DNA of 64,000 nucleotides, taken from Macrostomum hystrix (Eukaryota > Animalia > Platyhelminthes). Made by a program: the position numbers and the translations under genes. Below the pieces are notes generated by a model that was not told the origin of the DNA, ran no database searches, and was given only the letters and a program-made list of their open reading frames with translations. Shown here one piece after another: positions 47,785 through 60,484 of the stretch. Each line of letters starts with the position of its first letter. Position 1 is the stretch's first letter. The DNA is taken from positions 930,001 to 994,000 of the forward strand of contig CATNEN010000015.1 in the NCBI GenBank assembly GCA_950097015.1. The letters run 5' to 3'.

Positions 47785-48546
47785 GCGGCGGGTTCTCAAC
47801 CAGCAGATTTATTAGACTGTCTGTCTGCATGTTCAAGGTCATTGTAACGAGAGCGACTAAAAGTTAATTACTCGTACTTTAAGGTAGAGACATATAGAGA
47901 GATGACGCCAATGTTAAATTTGGACTCAAACAATATTCGCTTTGACAACAGCAGTAATGCTACATAGAAACCATTGTTAATCATACATGTATAACATGCA
48001 GTTCTTTTGTTACATATAGTATGGCTTTTGTGCGCATTGGCGTATTGACTTTTATGTCGTCTGCATTGAAACCGATATATAGCCCCTTTTCTTCGGTAAG
48101 TCTTAAAAGTGGCTGTAATTTTATTAGAATATTACTAAAAGTAGGTGGGTGTGCATCAACCCGATAGAAGTACATTCCCTATGTAGTAATTATTTATGTA
48201 TTAGTTTCCTGTCGCCTCTATTAGTCAAAAGTTACATTAACAGCTGAAATAAATCTAGAAATCATGCACTTATTGATGTTTTCTGTGATTATACTTTCAA
48301 GATTTAGTATACAAACGATTACATGCTTTTTGAAATGTTTGTGTTCGTCAAGAATGTTACAGATGCTAGCTTTTAGTGTTCTTTATTTGTTATGTGCAAG
48401 TCAATATTATACAAATAACTTAATTAACTAATTATATCCTAAACTATATCTTGTCGTAAGCTTCCATACATTTTCTCGTTCCCTTGATTTTTCTGTTGAA
48501 CAATTTTTTTACAAAGTAAGATTGTCAGTTTGATGATAAAAGCAAA

Positions 48547-48893
48547 AACTGGCTGCATATGCAACTGGCTGCATATGCAACTGGTTGTCTATGCAACTGG
48601 CTGTCTATGCAACTGGCTGTCTATGCAACTGGCTGTATATGCAACTGGCTGTATATGCAACTGGCTGTCTATGCAACTGGCTGCATATGCAACTGGCTGT
48701 CTATGCAACTGGCTGCATATGCAACTGGCTGTATATGCAACTGGCTGTATATGCAACTGGCTGTCTATGCAACTGGCTGTATATGCAACTGGCTGTATAT
48801 GCAACTGGCTGCATATGCAACTGGCTGTATATGCAACTGGCTGTCTATGCAACTGTATGGTTGTCTATGCAACTGGGTGTTTGTGCAACTGGT
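48547..48893. repeat. 16-bp minisatellite (CTGGCTG[CA/TC/TA]TATGCAA), ~21 copies
   Basis: Tandem units are directly visible between the convergent 3' ends of INPP1 and the LamG gene. Confidence 0.95.
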
Positions 48894-48974
48894 TGACGTC
48901 TATCCCACTTTTTCTGCGCAACTGAAATGAATCTATTTGAGTTTATATTGAGTTCCAAACAGGCATCATGAAAG

Positions 48975-50048
48975 TTAGGCGATCAGCTTGAAGAATTCCA
49001 ACACCTCAGTCTCCGTCATGTACGCGTTGCCAATAGCGATGGCTCGCAAGGTACCTTTGAAATAGTTAGGATCGTTAAGCCGTTTGCCGAAGCGAAAGCA
49101 AGGCTCGTTAAGAAATGCGAGCTCCCCGGCAAACGTGTAAACTTCAACAACCGAGGAGGCCAGGAACGAACTGTTAAGGAAGAGCCTCATGGTGTTCGCT
49201 GTGGAAGAGGTGGTGAAGCCTAGATTCAGCCACTCACTAGCGCTGTAAGTTAGAGAGGCTGCTTTCCAACGCCGAAGCGGCTCGGAAGCTCCGGTCTTCA
49301 CGGCGACATACATTGTTGAGGCGGCTGGGAACTCCCACACGTGACTAAAATGGTGACTCGTTTCAAAGTCGGAGCAGTTGTAAAAGTCGACCAGCGCCTG
49401 CACCCGGGGCATTCTCTTCATCCTGAGCAGCACAGTATTGCCCGCGCTCAAGTCGGTGTCACTCCTGTTCATCCGCAGGTGAGAGCCGAAACCATTGAAC
49501 TCGGCACCTTCCTCCGTCCAGCGCACATCCACAGGAAAGACGCGATTCGAGTCCTCATCGGCCTGGCACACCAGGTTGTCGAATCTGCTCGTCTCGTCTC
49601 CGAGCCAAATGCTAGTCAGCTTCGAATTGAGCGAATGCAGCGCGTACAGTATGGGAAATCGAATTAGAACCTGACAGCTGGCGTTCGGAGCCGAAATTAG
49701 CTGGCGGCAAACGGCCTGGTAGCGGAAGAGCGAACACCGAAGAACGTCCTTCTTGAACTGCGCTACCACTAGGCCTGTGGGAAACTGAACCGTCGCCAGG
49801 ATCGTGCAATGCAAATCACTCAGTGTCTGGGTCAGGTGGAATGCGACAGTCTCAGAGAGGCACTGCACCTGCAGTGGAGTCCATGTGACTCCCAAGTTGC
49901 AGTGACATGTCTTGAGAACCCACATAAAATTCAGAGCCATCCAAATCGTTCTACCTGAAATTAATTATGTTATTACCTTGAATTAGTTAGCAATCGAATC
50001 TGAACTCTAATACTGACACAAAGGACTCTCGGCCTTACCTGCTTTCAT
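48975..50048 (-). CDS. Secreted protein with a C-terminal concanavalin A-like/LamG (LamG_3, pentraxin-like) domain, ~329 aa
   Basis: Exons 50048-50039 (ATG AAA GCA G|gtaagg) and 49954-48975, in frame. Hydrophobic N-terminus MKAGRTIWMALNFMWVLKTCHC. The C-terminus WLNLGFT...MRLFLN...FRFG...YFKGTLRAIAIGNAYMTETEV fits the LamG_3 pattern. Confidence 0.72.
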
Positions 50049-50880
50049 GATTAGGCAAATGATTTTCAAGATTTCGAAATAAACTGTATAGCTTTCGCAA
50101 TGTTAGTTGTTGCGGGGGCTCAGGTATTGCTTAACTTGCCTACATGCATGGCCTTATAAACCAGCAGCTCTGACAGGCAGTTCATGCCTCGCCAGAAGAT
50201 GAATGACAGCAGCGTTCTTGAGGCAGCCTCAAGTATCTTTAGGCTTTGTAGTGTTTGCAGAAAAAAATTCTTAAACTTGTCTGTCTAGAATTAAACAATT
50301 GAAAATTGACAACTATGAGATCTATGAGTAGGCATATGTCAATTTCTCCTTCAAAGCGTCTACACGAAAAAAACCGATTGCTTCTCGGATGTCCTGATCC
50401 CAAAACGTGTTGGATGTAATTATGAGCGCTAAAACGACTAGAATTTACCTGGGCTGAGTGACGGAATTCAAGGTGCGGCTGCAACTTTAAAAGCAGACAA
50501 TTTGAAGGAATTATTGAGATTTTTGTGAGCTCTGCAGGTGTTGTGCTTGATTAGTACACTTCAGCTTCTGTGCGCTCGTGCCCACTGATTCGCAGGGCTG
50601 GGCCCGAGCACGTACAACACCCAACCCTCCGCAATGGTGACTCAACTCTCGCTGGTCTTACGGTATCTTCTGTTAACTTTTCACTACTCTGAAAGATTGT
50701 TAGAAATGACACCTGGGCCCAGTTTTTACGGCAGAGCTTCAGCTATTGCGTAGAAGGCGAAGCGAGGGCAGGAAAATGTGCCCCTTAATGGTCATAGACC
50801 AACTAATGCCCGCTTACTTTTTCCGAGCAGATAATACGCTCGTACGCCATTAACGCCCACAAAGGATGGGTATCAACTTT

Positions 50881-51037
50881 ATTGTGCCATAGACATTTCT
50901 GCCTCAGTAACCCGCCCCTATTGGCATTAATTAATCTATGGGCCATAGTGTTCTGCCCGCCGTTTGCCATTTGCAGCTCAGTAAAAGACCTTGACCAATT
51001 GGATTGCTTACTGAGGCAGAAATGTCTATGGTACAAT
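50881..51037. repeat. Small inverted-repeat element (24-bp perfect arms, extendable to ~30 bp)
   Basis: CCATAGACATTTCTGCCTCAGTAA (50887-50910) and its exact reverse complement at 51008-51031. No TSD was identified. Confidence 0.7.
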
Positions 51038-52078
51038 AGCAGTGATACCCATTCACGCCCGTAAAGCAAATGACAAAAATTATAGAAAAAAGTTTCAATA
51101 TCGACTCCGATTTTTCTCACTGACACGCGATTTACGATTTAAAATCGTTTTGAATCATAAAAAGGTAGGCATTTTAACTTGAATTTCACTCAATTTGTAT
51201 TCTATGTGTATTCCTAAAGTGAAACAAATCATAAATTTTAATTTAGCAGTTAACAGAAGAACGTTTGTCCGAGCTGCAGCTGGGATGCGAAGCGGAGTTG
51301 TCGATAAAAGTGCATGGAAAGCTCAGAGACGATACAGTAAAAGTTCAATAGAATACTTTCCTTACGCCATACTGTCCACTTATCACCATTGACTGGGAAC
51401 AAGGCAGAAGAAAAAATAGCAAAAAATTGTGCGAATGAAAAATAATATTCAAAACTTTTGATTGACAGAATAGACAAATACTACTGAAGAAATTAAAATA
51501 TATGAGTAGTGCAGATCGGTTTTAAAAAATAAATGTTTCATAAAAAAGCAAGCTTTTAATTTGGTCCATAGAAGAGAGCATTAATTTTTTAATAATTTTA
51601 CACAAAAGTTAATTTAAAGTACAAGATAAACCTGTCTTGTTAAATCAAATATAATTGCACCGTTTCTATTCAAAACCATCAAGTCAATTTTTTAATAAAA
51701 AAATCAAAAAGCCAAAGCAACAAGTCATAAATGATACATAAAACTGCTTCCAATTTGCCTACTTTGAGTAGGCAAGCGAGAACCTTGTTGCAAAAAAGAA
51801 AAAGAAAAGCGATAATTTTTTTGCTCGTGATATTCTTGGCGACTGAGTCCGTCAGCTGCGTTGTTTTATCAAACTGATTAACGGCAAGAAACTTCTAGCA
51901 CTAGAGAGGATTTTGAATTAAGTACTTTCAGATCAGGCACTGATTGGTTAAGATGCGGGGATAGAAAAAAAGCACGTAAAATTATGCACAATCTGTACAG
52001 CAGTTAAAAAGCGCAGATTGAGATCAGATAGTTTGTGAGACGGCAAAGGGGACAGGGAGGGGGCCCTCAGCCGGCGGA

Positions 52079-55000
52079 TCAGATCAGTCTCCAGTCGTTG
52101 TCCCGATGGTCGCCCAGGACAGCGCGGCCCTGCCGCTCGCTAATGACATCTTCGCCCTCGTCGTCGACATCGTCTATGGCCGGGACATCCGCGGCGCAGC
52201 TCTGCCAGCTGTCCAGAGCCGACGAGTGGCTGCTGACGATGCGGGCTGGATGCAAGACTGGCTGGAGCACGGCTAGCGGCAGGGGGTGGTCCGAGTATTC
52301 GTTCGACACCACCGTCGGCTGCTGATTCAGGAGGTGCCGCCGATGCCGCAGCGGCACGGTGGAGGCTTCCGCGTCGGCAACTGTTGGAGCAGTGGCCGAG
52401 CCCATTTCGCGCTCGATGCACTTTTGCGTCTCCGCGGGGTCGCCAACCTCGCAAGAATGTCGGCTGGATCTGTTCTTACTAAGAACCCTCTGCTGCTGCT
52501 GCTGCTGGCGCTTCTTCAGACGAAGCAAATAGCCAAACAGGAAGCCGATGAGAAAGCCGAGGATGCTCAGAGTGATGAGCACGGATGCGAAGGTGGCCAT
52601 GGGAATTCCGCCAGCGCTGGCCGCCCCGCCCCTTCCTGCAAGGGTGGCGGCCGCGACGCCGACCTCCGGTCTGGGCGGACTCGAAGAAGCCTCAATCGGT
52701 TTCAACATAGGCCGAGTTGATGAAGGAGCCTTCAGGCCTGTCAATCAAATAACTACAGTCTGCCAGAGAGATTTCAAATAGCTGCAAAACAGCTCACTAA
52801 AAACTTACCACCTGAGTCCAAATTTCTTGGACTGGTGGGGCAACCAGTGTGAGCTCCAGATGAGACATTGCTCAGCCTGAAATTTTGCGGAGATTAAGGG
52901 TGAACTCACAGACTCAGGGTGTGCTCAACTCACCACTGCAGCAGGCATTGTCACAGACTCAGGGTGTGCTCAACTCACCACTGCAGCAGGCATTGTCACA
53001 GACTCAGGGTGTGCTCAACTCACCACTGCAGCAGGCATTGTCACAGACTCAGGGTGTGCTCAACTCACCACTGCAGCAGGCATTGTCACAGACTCAGGGT
53101 GTGCTCAACTCACCACTGCAGCAGGCATTGTCACAGACTCAGAGTGTGCTCAACTCACCACTGCAGCAGGCATTGTCACAGACTCAGGGTGTGCTCAACT
53201 CACCACTGCAGCAGGCATTGTCACAGACTCAGGGTATGCTCAACTCACCCAGCGGGCTCAGTAGCAAACAGGCAGGCATGGCTGTCCAGTCGCCAGCTGC
53301 AGCTAGGGTCTCTCAACGCCACGCACGAAGAGCAGCTCTTCGCTAAGCCGCATCGCGACATCGGCAGCCAGACGCCGACGCCGGCGTTATCGGAGACAGC
53401 GAAGAGACGGCCGGACCGAGCCATCAGGCTGTCGATGCGACCGGGGCTGCCAGCAGCCGGTGGGAACAGCTGCAGGGTCTCGATCGCGTATGCCGGAATG
53501 TTGCTGGCCGCATTCGGGACAAACACCTTGATGAGGCTGCCGGACTCTGCGGGGTAAGGGGAGCAGAAATTCCGAGATTCAGGTGGAGTTTTCCAATGGT
53601 GCAGTTGTTCTGGCCAAGTATTTTGCCCCCCCCAGTGTCAGATGAATTGTAGTTGTTTAATTTGCTAGACAGACTTAACTGCGGAGAACAAACAATTATT
53701 CGGCTAAATGGATATCAGCCCACGCCTGATAATAACAAATCAACTAAAATTGTGCCACTCTATTGCATGAATGAACTGCTAAGTAGCAGTTGTTAAATTA
53801 GCAGTTTGGCTGTGCCACTGACGAACAACAGAGAGATTCTAACTCTCTAACTGCGGCAAAGATAATGAAAACTGATCCAGTGGCTATTTGGATGTTTCGC
53901 AGAATAATCCGAAGCAAAGATCGACAATTTGAGGAATGCGAACTAGTAGAGGATCTAGTTATCTAGTCAGCGTCCAACTGCACACGATCATTGAAGACTC
54001 TGTGTCGACGGAGTATTCCACGTCAGCCAGATAAAATTCACAGTTTTTTGGCAGAATTGCTACGTCCATAAAACAAAGACTTAGCAGTCTGCTAAACCAC
54101 CATTTTAGCTATAGCAGCTATTTAGCAGTTACCAGTGCATCGTGAAATTGGTCTCTGATGTCGGTGCCGATTGTAAAGCTTAAATAGTAAACTTAACCAA
54201 ATATGAACTATTTGAGTCTATTTTATCTATTTTTTAAGGACCAAGACTCGAACTCCCGACCTGAGACTAAGAAACTCAGCGAAGAATCGAACCTGTTCCG
54301 AAGGCTAGAACGTCGCCTGCATCAGCCGACTCCAGCCAGAGCACCGATGCGATGCCAGCTCCATCAGGCACAGGGTTGAAAGTGAGCACACTTTCCGATA
54401 TGAGCGGCCTAGCCAGGAGGGGAGCAGTGTGCTCAACTCCGAGATTGCTTAATTGCAGCTGCTTGGCCTCCTCAGTGGTCCAGTTGCAGCGGGTGGGATT
54501 CGGCCTGCCGGCGGCCTCCGCGTAGGCGGATCTCGACAGCCTCTTGGCGGTGTAGGACAGCAGGCCTTCCTGCACCAGCTGGATGAACTCGGAGCTCGAG
54601 ATCAGCGACTCCGCCTCGGCCAGGTCGAATCGGCAGAGGGCGCGGTGGCTGGCGGCACTGGCTGGCGAGTTCTGCAGCGAGAACAGGCCGTAGAATGCGC
54701 CCGGCTCTGAGGGCCACACCTCCGTGACCAGCTCTGCGGCGGGAACAGCGAGAGGGGATGTTTGAGCAATGGGATAACTTTTCGTTGGGTGGGATTACGA
54801 GTGCGTCCCTTATATTACAGGATATTTGGGAGGGATTTCCTCATTCAGACAGGGAATAGTTAAGTGGGATTTCAGACACGGATATTCAAGTGGGATCTTT
54901 TCCTATAGGGGATATTTAGTGCGATTATGTCTATTTCAGAAAGCGGCTGTTTAATAGACTTTACAAAATAGGATTCGAATTTTGTATTGAATTCTCAATT

Positions 55001-58000
55001 AAAATGGTTATGACTGAGGATTTTTTATTCAGATTTTGCCTTAAAAAACTAATGTGAGTAGTGTGGCGCGATGTCTTTATTACCAAGCTGGTATTGTTAT
55101 CATGCTGTATCACCCAAAGCCGGTCTGTTTAAAACAATCATTTTAAGAAGGGTCACTGACGAACGGCTAGCGGTTTTCAACTGCGATTTACGAATAAGCC
55201 CTCCCCATGTGGTAAGGAGTGCTGACTAAAGTGCCCGAGTGCTGTTCCCATAGTACACTTCAAGAGGTTGTAACCTAGTGGTTAGGGCGTCGGACTCACG
55301 ACTTGAAGGTCGGGGGTTCGATTCCCGACTCCACTGAAACAATTTGTGTCCTTAAGCAAGACAAATAACTCTGCATTGCTTCAGTTCACCCAGCTGTTAA
55401 ATGGGTGCCAGCATTAGCTGCGATAATTGAAGGTGGGTGTGGCGTCCCCCCAGTCCATGGACTGAGCAGCTGTACGCAGTCTTCAGATGCGCCGCGCAAT
55501 AGCTGCCGCTGTGCTGTCGGCTGCACATCTGGCCCGATTGGGACAGGTGTAATCAACTATAATTATTTTTATTACTATTACACTTCAAGTACTGAATCAC
55601 TGCAGCCTCAGTCGGGCAAAGGATAAGCATCCTAAGCATCCTAATTAATCCCCACCCAGATACACCGAAGACGCAGCCGAGAGACCGCAAAAGTCGCCCC
55701 CGCGGCATCGCATAGAAAACTGGGCGAGTTGCCGGCCTTGACAGCCAACTGGTAAGGCAGCCATGGAGACAGAGGCACCAACTAGACATCTGCAAAAGTA
55801 CATTGTGACTGAAAAGCCGGCTGAAAGTATTCGCAGATGGGCAATGAGAGTGGCCAGAAGGGGCAGGAGGGTAAGGGCGAAAATCCCCCGAGGAAAAGAG
55901 TCTCTGGCCGGGCCAAAACTTTGCTGAGGCGTCGGAACCAGACAGGGCTGGCTGGGCAGCGCATGGGGATAAGATCCAAGCGAATTCTAGATCCCATCCC
56001 TGGCGAAGAAAGGCCAGGAGGCAGACCAGAGGTTAAAAAATCTATCGGACGGAGATAGATGAGGCACAGAGGTAGAGAACAGGCTGGGAAGAAGTCGAAG
56101 GGATCAAATTGACTGCACAGGATTTGCCCAGCTCCCCAGAGGGAAGAAATGAGCCATGGCAGCACACGGCCTTGGCTGGGACAAAAGGTGAGAGAGACGG
56201 CAGGCGTCAATGTTATTGGCAGATACCCACCTATGTGTGAAGCATAAGGGGTCACGATATTGACGATTAAGATAAATGAGTGGTATGAAAATCCTAATAA
56301 TCCCATTGGGAGTCTAAATAAACTATAATGCGACATCTTATCGGACTAGAGCTGCAAATCTCTACTTTTAGGCTTGAGTGGTTATAGTTAGTAGATGAAG
56401 GGAGCGGATAGTTAGTGGATGAAGGGAGCGGATAGTTAGTGGATGAAGGGAGAGGATAGTTATTGGATGAAGGGAGGGGATAGTTAGTGGATGAAGGCAG
56501 GGGATAGTTAGTGGATGAAGGGAGCGGATAGTTAGTGGATGAAGGGAGCGGATAGTTAGTGGATGAAGGGAGCGGATAGTTAGTGGATGAAGGGAGCGGA
56601 TAGTTAGTGGATGAAGGTAGGGGATAGTTAGTGGATGAAGGGAGCGGATAGTTAGTGGATGAAGGGAGCGGATAGTTAGTGGATGAAGGGAGCGGATAGT
56701 TAGTGGATGAAGGGAGCGGATAGTTAGTGGATGAAGGGAGCGGATAGTTGGTGGATGAATGGAGCGGATAGTTAGTGGATGAAGGGAGCGGATAGTTAGT
56801 GGATGAAGGGAGCGGATAGTTAGTGGATGAGCGAAGGTTCGGTACAGTATTTCGTGCAACAGTAAATGTGGATAAAAAGCTAAACCAGAAACGCAGCAGA
56901 AAAGCATATATGGAAGCGAAGACGAGGAATTGACGGAACAGCCTGGTGTATTTTGCCCACCCCTCCCCGCATGGCCCAGTGCAGCACTAGATATCATTGA
57001 ATTGAATTGCGTAGCAGACCTAAGGCCGAGCACAGACTATCTACACACGCAGAAGATTAATCACCCGCATGCGGGCTGTACATGCATCTATTTTCATATA
57101 CTTTAATTATTGCCATGGACTACAGTAAGCCCCAGCCAGCTGCCAGGTAGGGCCAAGGTCGAATTGTTAAGAAGACGCTGAATCATACCTTACCACCTGA
57201 AGCTAGTTTGGATTATCAAATCCCTGCCATCACCGCTAGGGTGGATTTTATGATACATGTAAAGACATGGCTGCTAGATCAACGTTGGCGCGAAGCCTTC
57301 CTGTCTGATGCATGTAAAGACAAGCCATGTTGGCGTGAAGCCTTCCTGCCTGATGCATGTACAGACATGCCATGTTGGCGTGAAGCCTTCCTGCCTGATG
57401 CATGTACAGACAAGCCATGTTGGCGTGAAGCCTTCCTGCCTGATGCATGTCAGTTCGTTTAGGCGTCTCGTATCGAATCAAGAACAGAACACTGACCAAT
57501 TATTGACCTAACAATCTGATGGCATTATCCTGTGGAATCTGCTGCACTACGCTATGGATAAAAAGCTCTAGGCCTTATCAGGCCACCGATGCCCGCATTT
57601 TATAAGAGGCTTTTATAGCTCGTAACATCTGCATAAAATCTGCTATCAATGGAATGCTTCATTATGTGGGTGGGCGAAGCAAAGCATGTATAACTAACTA
57701 CATGCAAGCACTAAAGAAGGCTTTATAATAGCCTCCACACAATGACTGTAGACTGTCTGATAAGCAGAAGACGTCAGTTTTATTTGTGCCTAATAATTAC
57801 TTAGCAGTATGGTGTAATGCGCTGAGTCAACAGTTTTAGTGAGTACATAATTAATCACTGTCTGCATTTGAAAGCGCAGGTGGCAACGAGACTATTGCTG
57901 TAAGTAAGAAATTGGCAGGTGAGACTCTGGAATGAATGGTGCGATACATTTTTGGGGGAGAAAGAGAAGAGTACAGGAAGGAAAGACGGTGGGGAGAAAG

Positions 58001-60484
58001 TACAAGACAGAGCAGAAGAGATGTAAAGAGGTGTTAGGAGAGATGCTATAAGAAAGCACATAGTGCACACTATGCGGGATTTCAAATAGAAATGAGCATG
58101 TAAAAAAGGCCAGCTATAGCAGCACTAGAGAATAAGCTTTCATTTTTTAAGTGTCATCTATTCAGACAAGCACTGAATACTGAGATTTTAATACTTGAGA
58201 ACAAGCTGGATGAGAAAGGATAGCCTGCAATAATTCACGAAATTCTGAAATGTAACACTTGCAACAATATTTAAAATGTTTTCCAGCGAAGGCAGAAAGA
58301 TTTCCCGAGAATCCGAAAATGCCAAAAACCGCTTAGGATTCGAAACATCTTTGTAGAAAGTAATCTAAATACAGCAGATCACAGAAGACCATGTTCGCGA
58401 GGTCAATTCCCAGGGTCACAGGGCTAGATGGGAGGCTAGGTAATGGGAGAATGAGATACCCAAATTTAGCTAGAAGTTGTTAACAACACTTGGTCCATTC
58501 TCGGTGGTGGGAAAACGCACAGACGGGACAAAAGCGCTGATGCGATCTGCTGCTTACTAAAGATTCCACAGTGGGGATAGAAGAATTGGGGAATCCAGAA
58601 GACTGGGCATGACAGGAAATAAAAAAACAACGGCGATTGCGTAACCACTGCAGCCGTGTTGCCTGAATTATGAAAAAACTGCATACTGTAGTGCTAATGG
58701 GACATTGACAGTTGGATCTGTGACTAGAGTGGCTTATGGAGGCTTAATCTTTATTGTGGATTTGAGGCTCCGTAACTCACAGTCTTCCATCATTTTCTGT
58801 AAATTCTTTTTCAAAGAACTGAACTGAAAACTGTTAATTAGAATTCGGTTCAGCGCGGTTGGCAGACCCAGGGTGAATCGAACTTGCACTCGGGCTGCAC
58901 TCAGCGCACGGCAACTATAAATATCCCCACTGCTCAGTAAAGTCGGCTACAGGGGGAGATTGTTATAGCTTTTGATTTATGATTGGGCAGCTGCACAATT
59001 CGGCCATTAAGCAGGAACAACCATTCTAGTTAAGGCGAAACACAATTGTGCCAACAGACTCTTATGAAGCAATACGATTGCCAAAAGAGAATGTACTTTT
59101 ATGCTCTGCGCATTGCAATGCTGGATCTGTAACTGATCGCGGGGAATTCCTCACCTAGGACATCGTAGTCCACGCTGCCATTCCTGCAGATGAGTCGCAT
59201 CTTAAAGAATGACGACATCACGCGAATTTTCTCCGAAGCCGGCTGACCGCCCGGATCGTTCAGACAGATTCGAGCCAGCCGAGTGAACCGGGGAAGCTGC
59301 GGAAGGCATGCGACTCACTTCATCAAATCTATGAATAATCTGCGCTTAACATGAGTCACTTCAATTTAAGATAACACCTAATAAGATGCCAAACTGTCAG
59401 CAGGTCGCACCTTGATAATTGCGGACGAACTTCTGAAAGAGTCGCCACTAACGCTGCTGTAGTAGTTGCTAGCCTCAAATGCCTCCTCTGTGAACAATGT
59501 ATAAAGTTTCTCGCCCCTCGTTGCCATGGCAACCGGACGCGCCGATCTTGAAATCCAGGGTTCTCGATTTCTGCGGGACTGAAAATCTGCGGTGAGCCAG
59601 CCGATGCGGTCGAACCTCGGCCAGCGCAGCTCGATGATGTCCAGAGTGTCGTGCATCTGCGGATAGCTGCTGATGAAGGCATGCGACTTGTTAAGCCGAA
59701 TGGACACCCGTGGCGGCTCCAGTGGCCAGCTGGGCATCAGAAAACTGGTTAGCAACTGCGGATGGCATTTGACTGCATTGCACTCAGGAATGATAGAAAG
59801 AAACCATTTTATTCACTCTTGCATAAGCTTGGCTCTACTTACAGAGTATGAAGTTGGACTGTGTGACCATTCAACTTGTTGCCATGGTAACTCAGCGCTG
59901 ATGTTAAAAAATTGACAAGTGCCAGAGCCACTTCTAGTCATTCCTGACTGCACTGAACTTGCTGCAGAGGCAGCACAGACAAATGCAGTAGAAGCTGGAT
60001 TTCCGAGAAGGTACAAGTACTTCACCTTCATTGGCCACTGTTCTGATCCCACCACTGCCACCACTTCAGGCTCAGCTTGCAGATTTGACAGGTTAAGTTG
60101 GTAGAGCTGATTGCTAAAGGAAAATTTATCAAATATGTAGCCATTATCTAATTTGAGTTTTACTGCCAATTGTAAAAGAAACTATTAATTACTTACAGAC
60201 CACCCAGGTACACATGGTCATTAGTTGATCCAACAAGCTTGATGGAACCACCTTCTAGTTTTATGAGCTCAAATTGCTCAAGTAAATCTTAAAGATTGTC
60301 AAATTGTTTTTGTAATAGTATGCAGTACTATTAAAACAAATACAAAAAAATAAAACTTCTTACCAGAATATTTATACAAACTGTTGCTGCTTATGGGGTA
60401 GATAGTAGTAGAATATCCTGAGGCTGCATTCCAGGTGGATAGCACTGTGGAGCCAAAAAGTACAATTAAAATCGTACAATACAT
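52079..60484 (-). CDS. Transmembrane semaphorin (signal peptide-Sema-PSI-TM-cytoplasmic tail; class 1/6-like layout), ~811 aa, 9 exons
   Basis: Exons 60484-60364, 60287-60197, 60113-59843, 59755-59411, 59296-59155, 54733-54293, 53546-53249, 52876-52809 and 52737-52079; all phases match, total 2436 nt. Motifs VYLGGLNQLYQL, RLARICLNDPGG...FFKMRLIC, FGTESGSLIKV, PSI CSSCVALRDPSCSW, and TM FASVLITLSILGFLIGFLFGYLL+RLKKR. Confidence 0.9.
52903..53248. repeat. 45-bp minisatellite, ~7.5 copies, filling semaphorin intron 7
   Basis: Unit CACAGACTCAGGGTGTGCTCAACTCACCACTGCAGCAGGCATTGT. On the gene strand each unit contains GTGAGT. Confidence 0.95.
55264..55560 (+). mobile_element. tRNA-derived SINE, family B (semaphorin intron 5, antisense to the gene)
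   Basis: A box TAGTGGTTAGG, B box GGTTCGATTCC, core CCTTAAGCAAGAC...CACCCAGCTGTTAAATGGGTGCC and the palindrome CAGTCCATGGACTG. Colinear with 5001-5275. Confidence 0.8.
55800..56200 (+). pseudogene. Decayed RTE-like LINE 3' fragment
   Basis: Frameshifted KRILDPIPGEERPGGRP / YRTEIDEAQR*RTGWEEVEGIKLTAQD resembles the RTE ORF2 C-terminus (R.RGRP..W...V......W......AQDR). Confidence 0.4.
56383..56832. repeat. 24-bp minisatellite (TAGTTAGTGGATGAAGGGAGCGGA), ~18 copies
   Basis: Tandem units are directly visible. Confidence 0.95.
57283..57450. repeat. 45-bp minisatellite, ~3.5 copies
   Basis: CATGTTGGCGTGAAGCCTTCCTGCCTGATGCATGTACAGACAAGC is repeated. Confidence 0.9.
59520..59533. promoter_or_regulatory. 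Perfect RFX X-box palindrome GTTGCCATGGCAAC inside semaphorin exon 4
   Basis: Exact match to the canonical RFX/DAF-19 consensus GTTNCCATGGNAAC. Function is not shown. Confidence 0.45.
59878..59891. promoter_or_regulatory. RFX X-box GTTGCCATGGTAAC inside semaphorin exon 3
   Basis: Exact match to GTTNCCATGGNAAC, 358 bp from the other X-box. Confidence 0.45.

Noticed and set aside
55264-55336. tRNA-like sequence (also 5001-5070) as a functional tRNA gene
   Set aside because: The acceptor stem is poor, the anticodon differs between copies (CAT vs CAC), and both continue into a shared non-tRNA body, which indicates a SINE head.
59297-59340. Apparent 21-nt micro-exon (ATTATTCATAGATTTGATGAA|gtgagt) in semaphorin intron 4
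   Set aside because: The following intron would be only 22 nt. The gene splices in frame without it.
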